The position numbers and the translations under genes are program-made. Shown one piece after another: positions 29,301 through 34,880 of a DNA stretch of 34,880 nt. Source of the DNA: Burkholderiaceae bacterium (GTDB lineage Bacteria; Pseudomonadota; Gammaproteobacteria; Burkholderiales; Burkholderiaceae_F); contig JACCZX010000302.1 of the NCBI GenBank assembly GCA_013695705.1, forward strand, positions 1 to 34,880, given 5' to 3'. Under the pieces are notes generated by a model that was given only the letters and a program-made list of their open reading frames with translations, was not told the DNA's origin and searched no databases. The first letter of the stretch is position 1; each line of letters starts with the position of its first letter.

Positions 29301-32195
29301 TCCGGTATTTCAAAGACTGTCGGACTGGCGCCGGTCGTCGCCATCGCCGAGCCGCTTGACGATCTGATGCGCACACTGACGATTCACGGCCCGCGCCATC
29401 TGGCGCTGACGGCTGCGCAATTCGACACGCTGGAGCGCGTCACCGATCGCGTGCGCGGCATGCTGCATCAGTTTGCCGCAGGCGTTTATCCCGATGAAGC
29501 ACCGCTCGAAGCGGGTGCGTTGCACGACCTGGTATCGGTCGTGCGAGCGCACAGCGCGCTGCATGACGACATGCACGAGGGTTCTGCGCTGCATCTGGTG
29601 GAAGTCGATGCGCCGGAAGTCGATGACAGCCCGGCATCCACGTTCGAAGCGGAAGCAAGGGTCGCTGAAGAGCCCCGGCCAACCGTGGACCAAGAGCCCA
29701 CCGCTGCGCGGCCGGCAGCAGCGACTTCGGCAGCGGCTGCCACTGGCGTGGAACGCCGCGCTACCGCTCGGTCCGAGACAGCAGCCGAAGCTGAACAGGT
29801 CGAGGCGTCGCGCTTGCGCGATGAACTCGACGCTGAACTGCTCGAGGTGTTCCTGACCGAAGCTGCCGAATTGTTGCCTTCGGTGGCGACCAACTTGCGC
29901 GGATTGGCGAGCAACCCCAATGAGGCGGAGCTGGCGCGCGATCTTATGCGCAAGCTGCACACCGTAAAGGGCAGTGCTCGAATGGCCGGCGCAATGCGGC
30001 TTGGCGAAGCGGTGCACGAGATGGAAACGCGAATGGAAGCTGCGATGCAGCTGGCCGATATCCCGCCAAAGACCATCGACGATCTACACACGCAGTATGA
30101 CCATGCAATGGGGTTGTACGACGAGTTGCAAAAGCCTGCAGTCGTCGTCAGCACGGTTGCGGCGGAGGAGATATCAGCGTTGCCCGCAAGCCAGCCACCG
30201 CGGGCGCCCGTTATCGACATCGCCGCCAAGCGCGCCGACGGCAAGGCCGAAGCGCACAAGGCACCTGGAGCGCCTTTGGCGATGGCGAGCGAAGTCAGTG
30301 CGACATTGAGCGCTGCCACGCCGGGTGCAGCACCCGTGGCAACGTTTATCCGCGTGCGTGCTGACGTGTTGGACAAGCTGGTAGACCAAGCGGGCGAGGT
30401 CTCGATTGCGCGCTCGAAACTAGAAAACGAAGTGGGCACCATCAAGGGTTCGCTCACGGATCTGACCGAAAACATTTCGCGCCTGCGAGCGCAATTGCGC
30501 GAAGTCGAAATACAGGCCGATGCGCAGATTCAGGCGCGTGGCGATCAGCTGTCGCGTGACTCAGCGGATTTCGATCCGCTCGAATTTGACCGTTACACGC
30601 GACTGCAGGAGCTGACGCGCATGCTGGCGGAATCGGTCGAAGACGTCGCGATGGTCCAGAGCAACATGTTGAAGGGACTGCAAAGCGCCGATACCGATCT
30701 GACGTCGCAATCGCGCTTGACGCGCGATCTGCAACAGCAACTGATGCGCGTTCGACTGGTGCCGTTCTCTAATGTGTCGGAGCGTTTGTACCGGGTAGCG
30801 CGGCAAGTTGCGAAGGAGCTCGACAAGCGCGTCAACCTCGACATTCGCGGCGCCACAACGGAGCTCGATCGCGGTGTGCTCGAAAAAATGGCGGGCCCGT
30901 TTGAACACCTGATCCGAAACGCGATCGTGCACGGCCTCGAAGGGCCGGTCGAGCGTCGCACGGCGGGCAAACCGGAGGTGGGCGAGCTGACTCTCGATGT
31001 GCGGCAGGAAGGTAACGAAATTATTGTCGTCATCAACGATGACGGCGCAGGGTTGCATCTGGAGCGCATCCAGGCACGCGCGGTCGAGCGTGGATTGATC
31101 ACGCCGGACCAGCTCCTGAGCGATCGCGAGCTAATGGAGCTTATTTTTCAGCCCGGTTTTACGACCGCAACCGAGGTCACCGAGTTGGCCGGCCGTGGTG
31201 TCGGCATGGATGTCGTACGCGCGGAGCTTGGATCCTTCGGCGGACGCATTTCGATCTCGAGTGAAAGTGGCCGTGGCACGCGCTTCACGTTGTACCTGCC
31301 TATGACACTGGCGGTCGCACAAGTGGTGCTGGTCGGCATCGGCGGCCGCCGCTATGCCATTCCTGCCGGCATGGTCGAGCAGGTACGTCGCTATCGCCCC
31401 GCGGTTTTACTGGCAGCGCTCACGGACGGGCTGCTCGAGATCCCGCCGATCGGCGCGGTCGTGCTGCGACCGCTCACGCAACTGCTTGGCGAAGAAACCA
31501 CACCGCACCTGGCGCGGCAGACGCCAGTGGTGCTGTTGCGCTCGGGCGACGATCGGCTGGCGATTGCAGTCGACGAAGTTTCGAGCAATCAGGAAGTTGT
31601 GGTCAAAAGCGTCGGCGTGCAAGTCGCACGGCTGGCCGGCATTCTGGGCGCCACGATTCTCGGTAATGGCGAGATCGTGTTGATCATCAATCCAGTGCAG
31701 TTGATCACGCGCGCGCCCGAGCCACCTGCGGTGTTCGACGTCGCACCCGATGCGCGCGATGAAGCAAGAGCGGCGCAGAAGCGGATCGATCACGTGACCG
31801 AATTGTCGACGTCGAACGTGCCGACCGTGATGGTGGTAGACGATTCGCTCACGGTGCGCAGGGTTACGCAACGGCTGCTCGAGCGCCAGGGTTACACGGT
31901 GCTGCTGGCGAAGGATGGGGTCGATGCTCTGCGCCAGCTGCAGGACGTCAAGCCCGACATCATGTTGGTCGACATTGAAATGCCGCGTATGGACGGCTAC
32001 GACCTGACGCGCAACGTGCGCGGCAACACTCAGACTGCCCAGATTCCGATCATCATGATTACGTCTCGAACGGCGGAGAAGCATCGGAAGATGGCGTTCG
32101 AGCTGGGTGTCAACGAGTACCTTGGCAAGCCTTATCAGGAAGACGAGCTGCTGAAGTTCATTAAGCAGTATTTGGCGGAGCGCGTGCCGGCGTAG
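26373..32195 (+). CDS. chpA: Hybrid CheA-type histidine kinase ChpA/PilL (multiple Hpt domains, dimerisation/HATPase core, CheW-like domain, C-terminal receiver)
   Basis: GAGGA lies 7 nt upstream of the ATG. Hpt motifs are IHQANGAL (N-terminal, FimL-like region), AYHTLKGSSRMVG, AHSLSGISKTVG and KLHTVKGSARMAG. HATPase boxes are HLIRNAIVHGLE, NDDGAGL and GRGVGMDVV. A CheW-like segment (RYAIPAGMVEQV) is followed by a receiver (VMVVDDSLTVRR...DIEMPRMDGYDL...KP). 1940 aa. Confidence 0.92.
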   Translation: MAEKHDPNQLVGAAPDIAPLAWVIDEIRASLTEAVNGLKAFVASKQDVDSLRNARNQIHQANGALQLLDLRGVALVTEAIEQLTRRFEADPKECSPAPIRIIETALSAVMAYLEGLLSGRSNQPIKLFPYYRDVLQLNQATRVHPADLVFPDLSRRPAFHQIEARNFTPRQLRDRRARFELGLLGFLRNSDDAAPRKRMREALSDLEHMPQRGLARSFWWIARGLLEALEAGAVAVDVDLKRVLARLNLQLRRMIEGGGAVAERLMVDTLYYVGRAEGNLPRVLEVKRLYGLDALIPADFERASLTALDADALRALKEAMVQAKQLWGQIVAGSPDTAKFEHEIALARQTSHKLHARPLVATVDAIARVTHEFAKLAPNVREALGLEIASALLFFDLGVDELPQIESEYEGRALQVIDRLAKARNGQALPQAGPWMSELARRAQDRLTMGTVVAETQATLRDIEQRLDRFFRNPLERADLPGTTAMFDQVCGVLSLLGYDEPVAALRNVQTSIARFADATVAPEPDEFGRIAQNLGAIGFFVESVGQDADRPRGMFRYDPVTGIFSADLGQFQSSDMVNAPADDDYIAPRTVDIRLPARRGDNVESAARKTLEAAHAQATRLLLVAGDARAIEELERLLPTLANEADLLDNDSLKQNAARATQLLTQLKESSRREDAAELEQLLAPIRALETPKPTAPLPVSEAAADNELRQIFVEEARDVLDSILEQLEMLRTTRDDQATLTTVRRAYHTLKGSSRMVGFKTVGEGAWAVEQCFNLWLAQERAASDDLLDLAEGSQRVIRDWVNQIARNPGAEPDPTPLVRSAQAVREGGAFEYPHSLPGTPSSPKSDGSAPAATIDALPVRKTGDTSDTGPATVELIADEIIDGDVAPMGVEEIEASTASASAAALPAATVANEEPGSEEIKRVGPLEISHGLYSIFLTEADECIRVLANDIAEWRYEPARGVTPNIMRRAHSLSGISKTVGLAPVVAIAEPLDDLMRTLTIHGPRHLALTAAQFDTLERVTDRVRGMLHQFAAGVYPDEAPLEAGALHDLVSVVRAHSALHDDMHEGSALHLVEVDAPEVDDSPASTFEAEARVAEEPRPTVDQEPTAARPAAATSAAAATGVERRATARSETAAEAEQVEASRLRDELDAELLEVFLTEAAELLPSVATNLRGLASNPNEAELARDLMRKLHTVKGSARMAGAMRLGEAVHEMETRMEAAMQLADIPPKTIDDLHTQYDHAMGLYDELQKPAVVVSTVAAEEISALPASQPPRAPVIDIAAKRADGKAEAHKAPGAPLAMASEVSATLSAATPGAAPVATFIRVRADVLDKLVDQAGEVSIARSKLENEVGTIKGSLTDLTENISRLRAQLREVEIQADAQIQARGDQLSRDSADFDPLEFDRYTRLQELTRMLAESVEDVAMVQSNMLKGLQSADTDLTSQSRLTRDLQQQLMRVRLVPFSNVSERLYRVARQVAKELDKRVNLDIRGATTELDRGVLEKMAGPFEHLIRNAIVHGLEGPVERRTAGKPEVGELTLDVRQEGNEIIVVINDDGAGLHLERIQARAVERGLITPDQLLSDRELMELIFQPGFTTATEVTELAGRGVGMDVVRAELGSFGGRISISSESGRGTRFTLYLPMTLAVAQVVLVGIGGRRYAIPAGMVEQVRRYRPAVLLAALTDGLLEIPPIGAVVLRPLTQLLGEETTPHLARQTPVVLLRSGDDRLAIAVDEVSSNQEVVVKSVGVQVARLAGILGATILGNGEIVLIINPVQLITRAPEPPAVFDVAPDARDEARAAQKRIDHVTELSTSNVPTVMVVDDSLTVRRVTQRLLERQGYTVLLAKDGVDALRQLQDVKPDIMLVDIEMPRMDGYDLTRNVRGNTQTAQIPIIMITSRTAEKHRKMAFELGVNEYLGKPYQEDELLKFIKQYLAERVPA

Positions 32196-32206
32196 GGTAA
32201 CTGTCA

Positions 32207-32224
32207 TTCCCGCGCACGCGGGAA
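32207..32224 (+). repeat. GC-rich palindromic unit (REP-like hairpin) just after the chpA stop
   Basis: TTCCCGCG-CA-CGCGGGAA sits within gtcaTTCCCGCGCACGCGGGAAcccag, 12 nt after the stop. It could also act as a transcription stop or stabiliser. Confidence 0.5.
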
Positions 32225-32244
32225 CCCAGCTTGCTTCGTAGGCG

Positions 32245-32418
32245 CGACATGTATACGCCGCGCTTCCCGCCCGAGGCGTCGGTCGCTTCGCGACTGCTCT
32301 GCGGTACGCGCCAAGTCCGGCGCGAACCACAGTTAAAGCGCCGTTTCGCTCAGAGGCCCCGGCCTCGGCTCCGCTCCTCGACGACGCCAAAGGCGGGCAG
32401 CGCGGCGTACACCTGCCG
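32245..32418. repeat. About 174-bp element bounded by 27-nt imperfect inverted repeats (MITE/BIME-like structured intergenic element)
   Basis: The left arm is cgacatgtatacgccgcgcttcccgcc (32245-32271). The reverse complement of the right arm (32392-32418) is cggcaggtgtacgccgcgctgcccgcc. That is 23/27 identical by my alignment. Internal sub-hairpins are gcgcc-aagtcc-ggcgc and gaggcc-cc-ggcctc. Confidence 0.45.
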
Positions 32419-32419
32419 T

Positions 32420-33865
32420 TCAGCGTTTCACCTTGAAGCGCTTTAGTGTTTTCTTTCGTGCGTCCGCGTGATCGACAATCGGCTTCGGATAATCGCGGCC
32501 GATGACGCAGCCCGCTTCCTTTTGTCGTTTGACTGAAACCAACCACGGTGCATGAATTTCCCGGGCAGTAAAGTTCGCCAGTTGCGGCAGATACTGACGA
32601 ATGAAATCGCCATTGGGATCGAATCTCACGGACTGCGTAACGGGGTTGAAGATGCGGAAATACGGCTGGGCGTCGCAGCCGGTAGACGCGGCCCATTGCC
32701 AGCCGCCGTTATTGGCCGCCAGGTCATAGTCGTTCAGCTGGTGGGCAAAATATCGTTCGCCGCGCAGCCAGTGAATGCCGAGATCCTTGGTTAGGAAACT
32801 GGCGGTCACCATGCGCAAGCGGTTGTGCATGTAGCCGCTGGTGTTGATCTGCACCATTGCGGCGTCGACCAGTGGATAGCCGGTCTTGCCGTCGCACCAG
32901 GCGGCGAAGTTTCGGTTTCCACGAGCGCTGGTTTCCCACTCGATGTGATCGTATTGCGGCCGGTACGCGTGCTCGACCACGTGCGGGTGATGCCAAAGAA
33001 TCATTTGATAAAAATCCCGCCAGATCAGTTCCGACAGCCACGTTTGCGCACCCGCTGATCGGCTCCGTTCGTGCGCAAAACGCGCCAGCTCGCGTGTCGA
33101 AAGTGTGCCGAAGCGCAAATGGACGGACAGATAAGAGGGTCCGCGCGCCGCAGGATAGTTGCGAGCTTGATGATAGTCGTCGATGCGCGATTTGAAGTCT
33201 TCGAACATTTGTTGCGCGCCCGCCTCGCCGGCAGGCAACGGAAGTTGGTCCAGATTGGTGAGCGCAAATCCCATTTGAGTCAGGGATGGAATCTGCAGCG
33301 GGCACGGCGGCATCGCGAGCCTGTTCGAGCGTTTGTCGCTGTCGCGCTTCGTCAGATCCGACTCCTGCAGTTGCTTGAGCCAGGCGTTCTTGTACGGCGT
33401 AAACACCCCGAACGGCCTGCCGGCGCCGGTGAGCACCTCGTTCTTTTCGAAAATGACGTGGTCTTTGAAGAGCAGCAGTTCGCGGCGCTGTTGTAGCAGC
33501 GCGCGCTTTACGCGCTGGTCGCGCTGCTGCGCATACGGCTCGTAGTCCGCGTTGCCGAAAACTGCGTCTACGCCAAGCTCCGCGGCCAATTTAACGACGG
33601 CGTCCGCGGCATCGGTATGCCGCACTATCAGCGCGGCGCCTTGCCGCCGCAACGACGCGTCGAGTGAGGTGATGGAGCGATGAATGAAATCGACGCGCCG
33701 ATCTGCGACGATGCCCGCGGCGGTCAAAGGCTCGAGAATTGCAGCATCGAAGATAAAAGCGCAGTACACGCGCTTGCACTGCGCCAGTGCGGCCGCGAGG
33801 GCAGCGTTATCGGTCAGTCTTAAATCGCGGCGGAGCCATACCAGGCCGTGGTCGTATTGCATCAA
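32420..33865 (-). CDS. phrB: Deoxyribodipyrimidine photolyase (cryptochrome/photolyase family)
   Basis: LVWLRRDLRLTDNAAL N-terminus, TGYPLVDAAM, NNGGWQWAASTGCDAQPYFRIFNP. 481 aa. Confidence 0.9.
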   Translation of the reverse strand: MMQYDHGLVWLRRDLRLTDNAALAAALAQCKRVYCAFIFDAAILEPLTAAGIVADRRVDFIHRSITSLDASLRRQGAALIVRHTDAADAVVKLAAELGVDAVFGNADYEPYAQQRDQRVKRALLQQRRELLLFKDHVIFEKNEVLTGAGRPFGVFTPYKNAWLKQLQESDLTKRDSDKRSNRLAMPPCPLQIPSLTQMGFALTNLDQLPLPAGEAGAQQMFEDFKSRIDDYHQARNYPAARGPSYLSVHLRFGTLSTRELARFAHERSRSAGAQTWLSELIWRDFYQMILWHHPHVVEHAYRPQYDHIEWETSARGNRNFAAWCDGKTGYPLVDAAMVQINTSGYMHNRLRMVTASFLTKDLGIHWLRGERYFAHQLNDYDLAANNGGWQWAASTGCDAQPYFRIFNPVTQSVRFDPNGDFIRQYLPQLANFTAREIHAPWLVSVKRQKEAGCVIGRDYPKPIVDHADARKKTLKRFKVKR

Positions 33866-33934
33866 GTGTCAAAGCAGCTATGAGGCAGTCTACAATCCGG
33901 CCTCATGCCGAGCGAATCGAAGGTCCACAGCTCA

Positions 33935-34486
33935 ATGGACCTGAAGCATCAGTTTCTGATCGCCATGCCCGCCATGGCGGACACCAATTTTGAGCGGTCC
34001 GTAGTATATGTATGCGATCACACCGAGCGCGGCACTCTGGGTCTCGTCATCAATCGGCCCACCGACCTGACGCTCGGCAAGCTGTTCGATCGCGTCGATC
34101 TAAAGCTTGAAATTGCGTTGTGCAAGGACGATCCCGTCTACTTCGGCGGCCCGGTGCAAACCGAACGCGGCTTCGTATTGCACGGCCCAAGTGCCAATTA
34201 CAGTTCGACTTTGGCCATTTCGAGCGAGATTTCACTGACAACGTCCAAGGACGTTCTCGAAGCGATCGCTGAAGGCAACGGGCCCGACAAAGTGCTGATC
34301 ACGCTGGGCTACGCGGGATGGGCTGCGGGCCAGCTCGAAAGCGAAATTGCGCAGAACGCCTGGCTTACCGTCGGCGCCGCGCCGCAGGTCATCTTCGACA
34401 TTCCGGCCGATGAGAAGTACAGCGCTGCGTTACGGCTGCTCGGCGTCGATAGCTCGCAGCTGACGGGGCACGCCGGTCATGCGTGA
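33935..34486 (+). CDS. yqgE: YqgE/AlgH-family protein (UPF0301)
   Basis: The ATG at 33935 gives MDLKHQFLIAMPAMADTNFERSVVYVCDHTERGTLGLVINRP, which parallels the E. coli YqgE N-terminus. The ORF could also start at 33905. Confidence 0.9.
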   Translation: MDLKHQFLIAMPAMADTNFERSVVYVCDHTERGTLGLVINRPTDLTLGKLFDRVDLKLEIALCKDDPVYFGGPVQTERGFVLHGPSANYSSTLAISSEISLTTSKDVLEAIAEGNGPDKVLITLGYAGWAAGQLESEIAQNAWLTVGAAPQVIFDIPADEKYSAALRLLGVDSSQLTGHAGHA

Positions 34487-34550
34487 CCGGCCCGGTCATG
34501 CCCCCATCGCTTCCTCGTTCCGTTTTTCTTTCGTTGTTGCTCCGGTGTCG

Positions 34551-34880
34551 ATGACCGACATCATCGTGCTGGCATTCGATTTCGGAGCACGGCGCATCGG
34601 CGTGGCGATCGGTAACAGCCTGACGCGCGAGGCGCGGCCCTTGGCGACGATCGATGCGGTCGGGAACGACGTACGGTGGAACGCAGTGGAAGCAGTCATT
34701 GATCAATGGTTGCCCACGCAGCTGGTGGTTGGCGTTCCGCGCTATCCGGACGGCGCAGCGAACCCAATGACCGCGCGCTGCGAGCGCTTTGCACGCCAGC
34801 TCGAAGGCCGATGTGGCCTGCCTGTGGCACGTGTCGATGAGCGCTACAGCTCGGCAGTCGTTGGGCGCGCTGACGATATC
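34551..34880 (+). CDS. ruvX: Putative pre-16S rRNA nuclease / Holliday-junction-resolvase-like protein RuvX (YqgF); the 3' end lies outside the window
   Basis: This ORF is not in the supplied track because it has no stop in the window. Translation from ATG 34551 gives MTDIIVLAFDFGARRIGVAIGNSLTREARPLATI...VVGVPRYPDGAANPMT...ERFARQL, the YqgF pattern. The yqgE-ruvX order is conserved. Confidence 0.88.
   Translation, partial: MTDIIVLAFDFGARRIGVAIGNSLTREARPLATIDAVGNDVRWNAVEAVIDQWLPTQLVVGVPRYPDGAANPMTARCERFARQLEGRCGLPVARVDERYSSAVVGRADDI

Noticed and set aside
27855-32696. Several long minus-strand ORFs inside or overrunning chpA (27855-28883, 29486-30475, 30561-31102, 31407-32696).
   Set aside because: All overlap the well-supported 1940-aa ChpA frame and are Arg/Ala/Ser/Pro-rich shadow frames. 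The last one runs through the REP-like element into the phr 3' end, which is implausible for a real gene.

Overview
This 34.9-kb window looks like core chromosome from a GC-rich proteobacterium. The GroEL, PilG and ChpA sequences and the gene order point to Betaproteobacteria, but that is only an inference. Coding density is high. In order, the window holds: a ribBA-ribH-nusB-thiL-pncC operon with an appended alpha/beta-hydrolase; a secreted TPR-like protein; a CNNM/CBS/CorC membrane protein; pyrF; a decayed EamA-transporter relic; a DUF898(YjgN)-M48 peptidase pair; groES-groEL with a perfect CIRCE operator; an SDR plus Gfo/Idh/MocA pair; dacB (PBP4); a DsbD-family reductase with a thioredoxin-fold partner; thiE-hemL; rubredoxin followed by the Pil-Chp twitching-motility chemosensory cluster (pilG, pilH, pilI, pilJ, chpA of 1940 aa); a photolyase; and yqgE-ruvX. 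I saw no rRNA, tRNA, CRISPR array, transposase or integrase. The most unusual locus is a single gene at 13026-13736, wedged between the groESL promoter and the SDR gene. Its product reads as a Cas6e (CasE/Cse3)-type RAMP endoribonuclease, yet no other cas gene or CRISPR array is in the window. It uses AT-rich codons, is flanked by an exact 11-nt direct repeat, and follows an unexplained AT-richer leader. Secondary items are a highly structured inverted-repeat element between the convergent chpA and phr genes, the transporter pseudogene, and the uncharacterised DUF898-M48 module. All family assignments come from reading motifs by eye, so they need HMM and structure confirmation.
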